The notes under the pieces: model-generated | Databases searched by the model: none | The model's input: the letters and a program-made list of their open reading frames with translations, nothing else | What the model was told of the DNA's origin: nothing | Translations under genes and position numbers: made by a program | From: the human T2T-CHM13v2.0 reference genome, Homo sapiens | Direction: 5' to 3' (one strand) | Assembly: GCF_009914755.1 (NCBI RefSeq) | Contig: NC_060941.1 | Length of the DNA: 64,000 nt | In this document: in pieces, positions 18,136 to 45,699 of the stretch | Numbering within the stretch: the first letter of the stretch is position 1 | How the letters are laid out: each line of letters begins with the position of its first letter

Positions 18136-18679
18136 CCTCAGGCCAGGCTCCACTCTCAGCCACCCCTTCTGCCTGGCAGGGTTTACTTCATCTCCTCCAG
18201 TCAGGAGAGGGGAGGTCACACTGCCAGGGCCTTTGCCCCATTCTTCTCCAGCTCCTTCTCTAGAGGAAGAGTCATGGCTAGGCCGAGGCAGTGTGGACCT
18301 GGAACAGGTATAAACTGTGCTACTCTTTGGTGCCCAGTGCCACTTTTCCTAGCCAGGACCAGAGCTATCACCTTCTCTGTCCCGCAGCTCTGCCCAGGTC
18401 TTAGTACCCCACTCACCCCTGGGCCTCAGGAACCCTAAGGAGGGGCATAGGGTTGCTTTCCATTCACACCTGGGGCAGCACAGGGAACTGTGCCACAGGC
18501 CCCAAGACAGGCAGATGGAGGATGAAATACACAGGTCCCAGTCCCTGAGGCCACCTTACGTGTCCGGCCCCCAACCCTGTGCAGAAGGTCAAGGCAGAGG
18601 CGCCGAGGAGGGATGGGAGGATGCCTCCTGTGAGATGGGGTACAACTGGTGTTCCTTCTGAAGCTGACATCTGGCCTCA

Positions 18680-19530
18680 GCTGGGACTCTGGCGCCAGCG
18701 GGCCCGCAGGGGGCTCACCCGCGACACCCTTTGTTCTGGCTGCCTCCCCAACCCCGCGGGGCCCTCTGCTCCAGCTGGCATGCCTCAAGGACGCTTCGCG
18801 CCTGCTCCTTTGGCCCCCGGCTCGCAAGTAGCGGGGCCAGCACGTGACCCGAGGGGGCAGGGGATGGATGGATCTTGACCTTGCCATCTGGCCCCTCACG
18901 GATGTGCTGCTGGCTCTCCCTCTAGGAAATCAACAAATTTTTGCGCTTCTAACATCCAGGCCCCTGAGGATGGTCGCGAGGAAGATCTGTTTCGGACTGC
19001 AGCTGGGGCCTTCGGATCCAGAGGAAACCAGGGCTATTCTTCGAGGGTGGGAGGGGGAGGGCCGCGGGGTCGGAGGGGAAGGTGGCCCCGCGCGAAGTCG
19101 CCGCCGCCGCGCCCCGCCCCGCCGGCGGAGACCGAATCCGCCGCACCCCATAGGCAGAGGCCACCCTCCCCGCCTCCCCGCCCGCTGCGCGCCCGCCCCG
19201 CCCCGGCTCACTTTAAAAGTTTACTCGGGCCGGGACGCAGGGCAAAGCGAGCCATGGCTGTCTACGTCGGGATGCTGCGCCTGGGGAGGCTGTGCGCCGG
19301 GAGCTCGGGGGTGCTGGGGGCCCGGGCCGCCCTCTCTCGGAGTTGGCAGGAAGCCAGGTTGCAGGGTGTCCGCTTCCTCAGGTACTGGCCCCCCGCGGGA
19401 AGAGAGGGGGCGGGGCAGTTCCCCGGGAGAGGAACTTGGAGGTCCCGGCGAGCTTCGGAAGCCCCACCTCTGGACGAGTGCACTGGGGGGAAGGTACCCG
19501 CCCCTCCCCCGCCCCCCGCCAGCACCTAGG
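18680..19530 (+). promoter_or_regulatory. ACSF2: ACSF2 CpG-island promoter
   Basis: CpG-rich. GC boxes at 19111-19120 and 19191-19205, E-box CACGTG at 18841-18846 (GGTCACGTG on - strand), extended nuclear-receptor half-site TGACCTTG at 18876-18883, TTTAAAA at 19212-19218. Confidence 0.85.
19254..19381 (+). CDS. ACSF2: ACSF2 coding exon 1 (mitochondrial transit peptide)
   Basis: Kozak gccATGG, MAVYVGMLRLGRLCAGSSGVLGARAALSRSWQEARLQGVRFL, donor AG|gtactg. 128 nt, phase 2. Confidence 0.96.
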
Positions 19531-19896
19531 CAATAGGAAAAGCTGGCTTGGCCTGGTGGACTTGGGTGGGGAGGGGGCTTTGGTTGGTGGCTGCAGTGAC
19601 TTCGAGTTCTGGTCCAAGACTCTCGATTCCTTCTCCTTTATGGGCACAGAGGGCAAGGAGTGTGGGCTTTAAGGAGAATATTCCGATGGGGAGGGGCAAG
19701 GGCCAAGGCCTGGGCTGTACCCCCAGGACACTGCCTCTGAGTTGGAACCCCTTCATGGGCAAGCTTGGGGATCAGCCCCAGTCTCCCCGACCCAGGCCAC
19801 TAAACTTAGCAGTCTCCTGTCTCCTCATCAGCTGCTCACTAACATGGCTTTAATTCTTTGCTGCCTACTCCTGGGCCTATTTCCTTCTGTCCTCAG

Positions 19897-19971
19897 TGCA
19901 AGGGGTGGGATGGAAGCTGGCAGGCAGAGGATTTCAGTTCCCAGTAGCTTCACTGCCTCTGCAGCAGCACA
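19897..19971 (+). CDS. ACSF2: ACSF2 alternative in-frame cassette exon (75 nt, 25 aa)
   Basis: ttccttctgtcctcag| acceptor and |gtaagt donor. Phase 2-2 with no stop: (S)ARGGMEAGRQRISVPSSFTASAAAH. Confidence 0.7.
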
Positions 19972-20667
19972 GTAAGTAAAGCTGCCTTCCCGGTGTGACC
20001 AGTCCTTGGGAGGACCCCGTGAGATGGCAAATGTGAAAGTGCTTGAGACACAGAGAGCAGGCTGCCACTCATGTTATCAGGGCTGTTAGCTTCAGCAGCA
20101 CCACTGGGGAGCCCTGTGCACTACTGAGCCTGTCCTACCACTCAACTCGGCCAGATACTAAGTCTATGGTCAGGACAGCACTTTCAGCAACATCAGATGG
20201 GGTGTGGGCCTGGACATGGAAAAGGGAGAAGTCAGAACAAAGCTGTGTCTCAGAGAACTAGATTTGTTTTTGTTTTTAAAAAGGCTAAGTAGGAAGAGTT
20301 GGAGGGACATGCAGACTCCTTTTTGGCTAGAACTCCAAGATCACACTTTCTGAACTTGCTGATTTCTGAATGCTAGAAAGCATGCAATGCCTTAACATCA
20401 CTCTGCCTAATTTGCTGAGAAAACTAAGTGGATCAAGGCTGGTCAGTAGATGGGATTGAGATGAGGACAGTGGGGTCCTCTTCCCAGTGACCCTGGGAAG
20501 TCACTCACTACTTCCCAGGGTCTCCCTAGACAAGTTCGGCCCTCCCCTGACCCCCTAGTCTCTTAAGCCTCTCCTCTGGACTCATGGCTGCCCCCTCAGG
20601 CTGGGAGGACTCTGAGGAAAGTTACTTCCCAAAGTGTACATATTTTATCACACTAAATCAGGCCACA

Positions 20668-20743
20668 GGGGAAGTCTCTCAGCCTACTCTGGCTCAGGAG
20701 GCTGCCCAATAGAAAACAAACAAACAAACCAATAAATAAGTAA
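20668..20743 (+). mobile_element. Short poly(A)-tailed, TSD-flanked retro-insertion resembling the R region of an ERV1 LTR
   Basis: 14-bp direct repeat taaatcaggccaca at 20654-20667 and 20744-20757, with an A-rich tail. Confidence 0.65.
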
Positions 20744-21033
20744 TAAATCAGGCCACATGGCAACATTTCTGACCTTTGACTTTTTTTTATCTATAAACAA
20801 AACAGGTCACTTACCTGCTACAGCCCTGGGACCTCTGAGAGCACCAAGCTTCAGAGAAATTCTTATTGCTGTGTCAGGAGGAGACTCATTTATCCAGACA
20901 GATGATTTTCTGAGTGTTTGGCCTACTTTCTTTCTGCCCCTTCCACTCCCTTGTGCCTGCACCCTTATTGTCTGACTGTGATGGTTTTACCTGATTTCTC
21001 TCCTACTTTCCCCTTCAGAAGCCTCAGGGCTCA

Positions 21034-22815
<1,782 letters not shown>

Positions 22816-23227
22816 CAGAGTCTTTCTCCCCAGAAGGAAAGAAAAAGCTGTCCTTTGCTCTCCAGAACTCCTCACGACCAACTCCTTCCCCCTATCTATG
22901 TGCCTCCTTCCCCAAAGAAGGTGGATGGCTTAGTCTGGGGCTTCAGTGAACCTCCAAGGAAGGAATTCAAGGAGAAACCTGGGCTGAGCAGGCTTCCCCC
23001 AGACCTGCCCTAAAGCTGGCCTGGGGCTGCCTATGAGGCAGCTGCATCCAGGGTGTTGAGAACACTCAGAGCTGGGAAGGCAGAGAGATCAGTGGCTAAA
23101 GCCTCTCAGAATTAGGTGTGGTGCTCAGAGCTGGGGATCCAGTGACTTGGTGCTGATGGTGGGGACAGAGGGGTAAGGGGGCTTTGTGGACCACCCTCCA
23201 TGGGGATGGCTATGATCATATAAGACT

Positions 23228-23950
<723 letters not shown>

Positions 23951-24554
23951 CAACAGTTTACACACACATGGAAAACTACAAAATGCTGTTTCTATACAAG
24001 CGCCTTGTATTAAGCCTGGAAGTGTTATGGGTGGTAACCATAAATAGTTACAAGAAATAGACTCTTCCCATAATTTCCAAAACATGATTTATGAATGATT
24101 TGGTAACGATATCCCTATGCATTCCACTGGGGATCCTCCAGTCTAAATGTAACAGTAGAAAATAACTATGAACTTGGCTGCTGGAATCAGTGAATGGTAC
24201 ACATCTGTTTTAGTTACCCTCCTCTGCTTTGAATGCTGTACATTGCTGCAGTGTACTGTGAAGCATGTAAAGGTAATAAAAAGATGAATGAGTTTGTTTT
24301 CATTGACAGAGCTGTTTTTCTAGAAGGAGTCTACAGGGGAAGTCCATAGACACACTGATTCAAGGCAGAAAGTTTGCAGTGCCATTAAAGATGTCAATCA
24401 AAGCAGGAGGAATCTGGTTTGTGGAAATGGGAGGGGGAGACTTCCCAAAGAGCCTGGGGTTAGAACCTGATCCCTGAAAGGTTAGGTCTGCAGTTTGAAG
24501 CCTTTGTACTTCCGTGAAATCTCACTTGTGCTTCAATCGTTGTGAACCCTGGTG

Positions 24555-30669
<6,115 letters not shown>

Positions 30670-31289
30670 GTTGGTCTTGACCTTGACCCTTTACATAACA
30701 GGCGCTGTGGGTCTCCTGCCCATGCTAGGAAGTTGCTTCATCTTTTGGATATTGTAGACACCCTTAGTAGGAGATCATCAAGCTCCTTGTATTTTCCCTC
30801 TTAAAACTTTCATGTGAAAAAAAATTTGAAACACAATTACATGGAAAAATAACAAACACCTGTGTGTCTGACAGGGAATAAAAATTTAACCTTTCTTGTT
30901 TTCAGAAAAATTATAAATGAAAGAAAACACTACAGATCAAATTGAAGTCCCTTTTCTGTCCCTCCTGCAGCTGACCCCCACCAGAGAGCCACCATCATAA
31001 ATTTAATATATGTTGTGCTGAAGCACATTTTATACTTTTAGCATGTCTCTGAATCCATAAATAGTACAGTTGTCCCCCAGTATCTATGGGGGGTTGGTTC
31101 CAGGACCTCCCTTGTATACCAAAATCCTTGGATGCTCAAGCCTATGATATAAAATGGTGCCATATAACCTATGTGCATCCTCCTATGTACTTTAGATAAT
31201 CTCTAGACTACTTATAATACCTAATACAGTATCTACACATCACTTCATTTGTGTGGATTCAACATAGTACTTAGTAAGCAGCAAGCTCA

Positions 31290-32711
<1,422 letters not shown>

Positions 32712-33453
32712 CGACCCTGTAGTCCTAACTACTTTGGAAGCTGAGGTGGAAGGATCACTTGAGGCCAGGAGTTTGAGGCCAGCCTGGGCAACATAGACAC
32801 TATTGCTAAAAAAAAGAGTTTGCCGCTCTGGTGGGGGTGAAAGAGTATCTCGTTGTGGTTTTAATTTATACTTCCCTGATTACCAGTGAGATTGGGCATC
32901 TTTTAAAATGTTTATTGGTAATGTCTCCTGTGTCTGTTCTGTTCCTATTCATTGCCCATTTATTGTGTGAGATTATTTGTCCTTATTGATTTGTGTTTTT
33001 TAAAACACAGGCTAAATATTAATCCTTTGTCTCATATATAAAATGAAATTTATAAATCCAGGCTGTTGCTTGTCTTTTAGCCTTGTTGATGATGTATGCT
33101 TCTCTGTGGACCTAGGGACCAGCCTCCCATGGGGGGTAAGGAGCAGAGGCCAGTCCATGGCTTGGAACAAAACAGGATATTGCTTTCAATTTAATTTTGA
33201 AAGCCTCACTGGTGGCTAGCTAGTATGGCACCCTCCCCAGGAAGCAGGGGGTGGCCTCAGCATGGGGACTGTTCCTGCAGTCTCTGGGCCCCTCACAAAT
33301 CAAGGTTCTGAGTCCTTCATCCTCCCTCCCCAGTGGCTTCTGAAGAGGCCTTGCCCAGGGCCTGAGGCATTTCCACCCCCCGACAGGGGCAGGGTCCACC
33401 TGTAAACCTCTGGCCCAGGTTCCAAGAACCTCTACCCAGCAGGTAATATGTAA

Positions 33454-36325
<2,872 letters not shown>

Positions 36326-37392
36326 CAAAAGGTATGCATATTCAGAATGTTAGTAGATATTACCAAATCAGAAGGAATCCAGATTTACAGGTTTTGAAGC
36401 TAACACAGTTTGGGATGCCCTCTTTCTAAACAAGAATAAAAAGCTCTTAAGTATCAGATTTTGTGCAAACTGAAGATCGATTTAGAATAAGAAAAGAATT
36501 TGCTACCAATTGCTGCGAGCTTGAAGATTCTCTTTTGAGCTCTCTTTAAGCAATTTGTCAGAAATGCTGACAGATAAATGCTTCTTGATTTGCAGCCAGC
36601 TTTCCCTCTCCAATTTCCAGGCACGCCCAGCACTAGGATGGTAGGGAGGGGCCAGGCTGGGGGGCATGCTAAAGTGTAAGTTTCTTAGGCTTCCTGCCTC
36701 TATACTTACCATCTTCTAAAAATCTTATACCAGTTTACACTCTGGTATATTTCTCCACATCCTTGCCAACATTCCATATAATCAATAACTCCTGTTTTTA
36801 TGTTGAAATTCATAGCCATTTTATTAATCTTCTCTACTTGGGAAGTTTTTTTTAGGCCCTATTGAATGCAGCGTGATCATCTAGTGCTCTAGCTTATCTT
36901 AAAATAACCTCTCCCACTGATTGCATAAAGCCAGCAAGAACATGAACCTACTTGGGTTACAAGGATTAACTCTTATTTAGCTGCAACTGCTTTCTAGTAC
37001 TGCTTATGAATATTCTTTGACAAAAGTGCCTATCATGGAAATTTGAAATTAAATATAGACTCCTCTAGAAAGACAGCAATCTTTGGTTTGGGTAGAGGAT
37101 TACTGATTTGTTCTATTTTCTCTTCTTGTAATGTTTCATTTATTACAGTATCAGACAGGTTGAATTATTTTATATCTATATATAATTTTTGGAATAGCAG
37201 CTTTTTGGCCCCGGTGGTATAATAATCTAGATAAGTGATCAAAAGGAATTGAGTTTGAAATATCAGCCACTGGCTGGGCGCAGTGGCTCACACCTGTAAT
37301 CCCAGCACTTTGGGAGGCTGAGATGGATGGATCACTTGAGGTCAGGAGTTTGAGACTAACCTGGCCAACATGGCAAAACCCTATCTCTACTA

Positions 37393-37575
<183 letters not shown>

Positions 37576-37633
37576 TCAGCTGCTAAAGGATCAGAGACTA
37601 GATATCTTCCCCAGCCCCCGAGTTTCTCTCTCT

Positions 37634-37637
<4 letters not shown>

Positions 37638-37667
<30 letters not shown>
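37638..37667. repeat. (CA)n microsatellite
   Basis: About 15 perfect CA units. Confidence 0.95.
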
Positions 37668-37669
<2 letters not shown>

Positions 37670-40600
37670 TTGCCACCATCTGAAAATAAGTTGCAGGCAT
37701 CATAATATCCATATTTTTCATCTTTGCTTATCTCGTGGGGAACAAATGCCTCATGTTTGTTTTTCTTTGATCTGTGACATGGGCACCTCTTCCTATGCTT
37801 ACTGGCCATTTGTCTTCCATCTTCTGTGACTTTGTGGCAGATTTGGTCATTATTGTCTTCTGTGTGTAAGTGTCACTTGGTCTGTTTTGGTGGAAAAATG
37901 TTTGCAATTAGATAATGTGGCTTTTTTTTGAGAGATTGGGGCTCACTCTGTTGCCCAGGCTGGAGTGCTGTGGCATAATCATAGCTCACTGCAACCTTGA
38001 AGTCCTGGGCTCAAGTTATCCTCCTGCCTCAGCCTCCTGAATAGTTGAGACCACAGGTGCATGCCACTACCCCTGGCTAATTTTTAAATTTTTTATAGAG
38101 ACAGGATCTCACTGCATTGCCCAGGCTGGTCGTGAACTCCTGGACTCAGGGAATCCTCCTGCCTCACCCTCCCAAAGTGTTGGGATTATAGGCATGAGCT
38201 ACCGTGCCTGACTTACATGAGGCTGTCAATCAACCTTTTTAGCAGCATCTTGGACCAGTTGCTTAACTTTTTCATCTCAGTGTTCTCCATCTTTAAAACA
38301 GGAATAAAAGTCCTCATCTCCCACAAATTGCTGGGACAATTTGCCTCGAAAACCTGTATGATTGCATTACAGAGGAGATACTCAGTGTTCCTTTTCTCTT
38401 CTGTTCAGATACCCTGCAGATTTACCCATCTCTGCCTTCCTCTCTGAGAGTGCTTATCTTTTCATAAAGCAGAATCATTACATTCCCGACGTGTCATCAA
38501 AAGTGTCTACAGGCTGGGCATGGTGGCTCACGTCTGTAATCCCAACACTTTGGGAGGCCAAGGCAGGAAGAATGCTTGAGCTCAGGAGGTCAAGACTAGC
38601 CTGGGCAACATAGGGAGACACTCTGACTCTACAAAAAAAATTTTTTTTAATTATCTAGGTCTGCTGGTACATTCCTGTGTTCCCAGCTACTCAGGAGGCT
38701 GGGATAGGAGGATCACTTGAAATTGGGAGGTCAAGTCTGCAGTGAGCTGTGATCATGCCACTGCACTCCAGCCTAGGCTTCAGAGCAAGACCCCATCCTA
38801 TCTTTAAAAAAAAAAAAAAAAATTGTAAAGCTGCCCTCTGGATCTTGCTGGAGCCTTGCATTCAGTAAGCCATATTCTAAATGAACAACTATGCATCATC
38901 AGCTGCTCTGTGCTCCTGAACCTGTAGAACATGCATCCACATCTGAAACAGGTTGGCAGGGCTAACAGTCACATTGTACCATGACTGTCCAGAAAACACA
39001 GCCTCAGGAAGGAAAAGCCTATGACATTCAACATTGGGACTGTTTATTTTCTTGAGTAATTTCTAAGACAGAGATCATGAACAGATGTGTTTTCTTGGCT
39101 TGCCCAGCTTTATTTATTAATGTATATATTTTGCACAGATGTGCTATGTGCTGCTTTTATTTTTCTGACAGAATGTTAAATAGGTACTGCAATGTTGCTA
39201 AATTTAGTTTATTAATTATGACTACATTGGCAGTAGCTTAAGCCCTAGAAGGTTTTTTTTTTTAAAACTTCGTGTTGAAATATATGACAGATTCAGAAAA
39301 GTACACTTTTTTTTGGAGGCAATCTTGGCTCACTGCAATCTCCGCCTCCCAGATTCAAGCGATTCTCCTGCCTCAGCCTCCTGAGTAGCGGGGATTACAG
39401 GCACATGCCACCATGCCTGGTTAATTTTTGTATTTTTAGTAGAGACGGGGTTTCACCATGTTGGTCAGGCTGATTTCGAACTCCTGACCTCAACTGACCC
39501 ACCCACCTCGGCATCCCAAAGCCACCACACCCAGCCAGAAAAGTACACATATTTTAAGGCCCACTTGATGTACTTTTGATAAAGTGAACACACCCATGTA
39601 ACCAGCACTCAAATCAAGACACAGAACATGACCAGAAACCAGGAGTTCCCTCGTGACCTCTTTAAGTCACTGACCCTCACCAACTGACCATTCTCCTGAC
39701 TTCTAACAGCATAGATTAGTTTTGCCTATTTTGTACGTATAAATGGAATTAGACAGTACACCTTTTAAAATCTGGCTTCTTTCATTGAACATTGTTTTAT
39801 GAGATTCAGATCGCTGGGCATAATCATAGTTCCTTTGCTCTCATTATTGTATAATTACAAATAAGTCACCACTTATTTATCTGTTCCATCGTTGATGGAC
39901 ATTTGGGTATTTTAAATATTGGAAATGATACAAATATCCTAGTACCTGTCTTTTGGTGAGCACATGTTTGATTTCTATTGGATATATACCTAGGAGTAGA
40001 TTATGCACATTATTTTTTAAGTGTACATTCAATGGCTTATAGTATATTCATAGATATGTGTAACCATCACTATAGTCAATTTTAGAACATTTTCATCACC
40101 TCACAGAGTTACCCTATGTCCTTGTAGCTATTATCTCTCTGTCTTCCCATCCCTCCCAGCACTAAGCAACCACTTAATCTGTTTTCTGTCTCTATAGAAT
40201 TACCTATTCTGGACATATATATGGAATCATAGTGTCTTGTATGATTAAAATAAGGATGGCCAGGTGTGGTGGCTCACTCTTGTAATCCCAGCACTTTGGG
40301 AGGTTGAGACAGGTAGATCACTTGAGCTCAGGAGTTCAAGAACAGCCTGGGCAACATGGCGAAACCCAGTCTCTACCAAAAATACAAAAATTAACCGGAT
40401 GTGGTGGTGCGCGCTTAGAGTCCCAGCTACTCGGGGGGTGCTGGGACAGGAGGATCTCTTGAGCCCCAGAGGCAGAGGTTGTAGTGAGCCGAGATCGCGC
40501 CACTGCACTCCAGCCTGGGCCACAGAGTGAGACTCTGTCTCAAAATAATAATAATAATAATAATAATGAGATGATCAAAGTATGATTTCACGAGTCACAC

Positions 40601-41031
40601 AGTTTATTGCCATACAAAGAGTTTTTTTCTTTTTTTGTTCACAGTGCTTAAAGCGGGGAGAATAAGAAAACAAATCTCATAGGGAATACACTCAATAGAG
40701 GAGGTCCCTTAGCCACATAGTGAGTGAGTTCCAGTCTGTTAGAATCCAATTATTAAAGTCTAATTGCTCACTTAGGATGAAAGCAAGCCTCTGTGGAAAG
40801 TAGTCTGACTGACGCTTGAGGCGTACCTTTATAGAGAGATTCTCAGCTAGATGGCTTGACCATCCTAGAGGGTATACCGGAGTTGGTGAAGCTTTGGAAA
40901 TTAGCTCAAAGGCTGATAGGGTGTGGCCTTAGCTCAGCCTGAGCTTTCACTCTTCAGAGAAGCGCTCAGAGTGTAGCCCTGCCACAGCCCAAGGTCTCAA
41001 AGTGTCTGTCAAACTCTTGGGTTTATATGTA

Positions 41032-41368
41032 CAGTCTGGCGTTGCTTAACAACGGGAACACATTCTGAGAAATACATCAGACAATTTTGTCATTGTGCAA
41101 ACATCATCAAGTGCACTTACACAAATCTAGATGGTAGAGCCTATTACACACCTAGAGCCTGTGCTCCCAGGCTGCAAAGCTGTACAGCATGTTACTGTCC
41201 TAAAGACTGTAGGCAATTGTAACACAAGGGTAAGTAGTCGTGTATGTGAACATATCTAAACGTAGAAAAGGTATAGTCAAAATACAATATTACAGTATAA
41301 TCTTATGGGACCACTGTCATATATGCCATCCATCATAAGCCAAAATGTCATTTTGCAGTGCATGACTG
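41032..41368. mobile_element. Tigger3a/MER7A-like MITE
   Basis: TA|cagtctggcgttgcttaacaacggg...ttctgagaaat ... cagtgcatgactg|TA. Confidence 0.8.
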
Positions 41369-41502
41369 TATTTTAGAGTCCAGTAGCTGAGGTCAGTAGT
41401 TCACAAATGGGGTCTGATAAGGTGTGATTGTGTCACATTCACAAGGGGAGGGGAGTACACTCCATGTTCTTGTCACAGCAAAACATGTCACTCCCATAGC
41501 AA

Positions 41503-41953
41503 ATGTCAACATAAATAACAAACAGAAAAAAAGTCTTCAAGTATAACGAGTTTAATTGGGAATGAGCATTGCAATGAGGAATATGTATGCCACAGTAAAC
41601 TATGGGCATATTCACAGAGGTAAAGAAGACAAGGATTTTTAAAGGTAAAATGAGGGTTACATATGTTGTCTTGAAACAATTATCCTCGGCTACAAGGATC
41701 AAAAACAAGGGTGGCATCAGTCCAGGGCTGGACAGGCAGTTGCTGGGCAAATGTCCTCACAGAAGCATTTTGTGTGTGTGTGTAAGATTGAGGTGGCCTT
41801 TGTGCAAGGTTGTGGTTTTGGCAAAGTCTCTTGTGATATCTTTTGTTATCAGGCAGTCGTGCACCAGAACCCTCCCTGCATGTTCTTACCTGGCTCCATT
41901 TTGTCAGGGTTTGACACAAGTGACTCCATTTTGATTCTAACAACTTTTTCACA
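41503..41953 (-). mobile_element. ERV1 solo LTR (MER72/MER4-group-like)
   Basis: TG...CA termini. Minus strand starts TGTGAAAAAGTTGTTAGAATCAAAATGGAGTCAC. Subfamily from recall. Confidence 0.7.
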
Positions 41954-41992
41954 AACTATGTATGTATTTGGAATTATTTCAAAGTTGTATGA

Positions 41993-42323
<331 letters not shown>

Positions 42324-42356
42324 TAGTCTTTTGTTACTGGCTTCTTTCACTTATAA

Positions 42357-42650
<294 letters not shown>

Positions 42651-43153
42651 TGATCCACCCGCCTCGGCCTCCCAAAGTGCTCGGATTACAGGCGTGAGCC
42701 ACCACTCCTGGCTACTTCATTTCCTTTTTAAAAATTGCTTTATTGTAGTAAAATACACATAACATACAATTTACCATCTTAACTATTGAAGTTTGCAGTT
42801 TAGTGGTATTAAGTACAGTACACTCACACTTTTGTGCAAGCATCAGCACCACCCACCTCCAGAACTTTTTCATCTTTCCCAACTGAAATTCTGTACCCAT
42901 TAAACGATAAGTTCCCATTGCCCCCTCCTCAGCCCCCTCTACTGCTAGACAGCTTTTACCTTCAGTTTCTTCTTTCACTTAATAAACGAGAGGGTCCGTT
43001 GCTGACTAATGGGATTGCTTCTCTAAGTGGAGGCCTTTTCTAAGTGGAGGCCTTCTTGCATATATACGATTGAGTTTATCCTAAAAACGGGTAACAGAAA
43101 ATGTGGTTGTAGAAAGACAAGAGGTGGAGACACAAACTGGCCAAGGGTTTTCA

Positions 43154-43560
<407 letters not shown>

Positions 43561-44398
43561 TCAGAACTCTCCTGCTGTCACTGTCAGCATAGCTTCTCAT
43601 AGTACTACCAATGCTTAATGTCCTTAATGAGTTCATCCACGGTGAGGACTCTCTTTAGGGTCCTGTATGTGCCTTCCACATTCCCTTCCTGTGCCATCAT
43701 ACTCCTGGCAATGAACTTCAGGTTTTAAATCCATGAGCTTGGATCTAAGTCTCCACTCTGCCAAACCTGATGTTCCATACCCATTTGATCTCTGTAATCC
43801 AAATAATAGATTCCATTGTAGGGATGGATATGCCACATTTTGTTTATCCGTTCATCTGTTGCTGGACATTTGGTTTGTTTCCGCCTTTTGGGTATTGTGA
43901 ATAGTGCTGCTGTAAACATTCATGTACGGGTTTTTGTTTGTTTTGTTTGAGACAGTTTCACTCTGTCACCCAGGCCTGTTGTGTAGTGGTGTAATGGTAG
44001 CTCGCTGTAGCCTCGACCTCTCAGGCTCAAGTGATCCTTCAGAGTAGCTAGGCCTCCGGAGTAGCTGGGACTACAGGTGTGCACCACCATGCCCAGCTAA
44101 CTTTTAAATTTTTTTTGTAGAGATGGAATCTCACTATGTTGCCCAGACTAGTCTCAAACTCCTGGGCTCAAGCGATCCTCCCACCTTAGCTCAGAGAGTA
44201 CTGGGCTTACAGGCATGAGCCACTGTGCCTGGCCCAAGTTTTTGTTTGAACACATGTTTTCAGTTCTTTTGGGCATATATTATAACTAGGAGTGGAATTG
44301 CTGGGTTATATGCTAATTCTATATTTAACTTTTTGAAGAGCCACCACACTGTTTTCCAAGCAGCTGAATCATTTTACATTCCCACTAGCAATATATAA

Positions 44399-44831
<433 letters not shown>

Positions 44832-45324
44832 TAGCCATTCATAGATTACCTTCAGCAAGATGTCTACTATTTTTTAATTGAGTCATTATGTGCATTATTT
44901 TTAATTCATTCATTTGGTCATTCATCTGAGCACCTCTTATGTTCCTGGCACTCAGACACTTGGGATAAAGCAGTGAACACATTAGTTGCCAACACTGGAA
45001 AGTCAAGAGAATTCTTAAAAAATAAAATTTCTTGCTCCTGACTTCTCTACTCAGATCTGGGCCTGAGTTCTCAGGAGCCAGCCCTCTGCTGGCACCTTTA
45101 AGGTGGGGCTGTGCTTTGTTTCTTCAAGGCTCCTATCTGGTCTCAGTCCCACCTGGGCCCTGAGAGCCTTGGGTTTTACAACACCCATGCTAAGTAGCTG
45201 ATGCCTTTCCAAGTAGTTACTTTAGTTCTGAGTTGAGAACAACTGGCACTGCGGTTTTTCCTCTAACTCCTTAAGCTTCCCATGTCGCATTGAAAAAAAA
45301 AATTCCTAAAACCAAATCCCTTTA

Positions 45325-45699
<375 letters not shown>

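Noticed and set aside
18435-19853. Multiple overlapping 90-230 aa ORFs at the ACSF2 promoter
   Set aside because: Stop-codon depletion in a CpG island giving low-complexity Pro/Arg/Gly products
43022-43054. 16-bp near-tandem duplication tctaagtggaggcctt (similar short ones at about 8031-8060, 27711-27760 and 28748-28786)
   Set aside because: Ordinary slippage duplications inside or beside decayed repeats, with no functional hint
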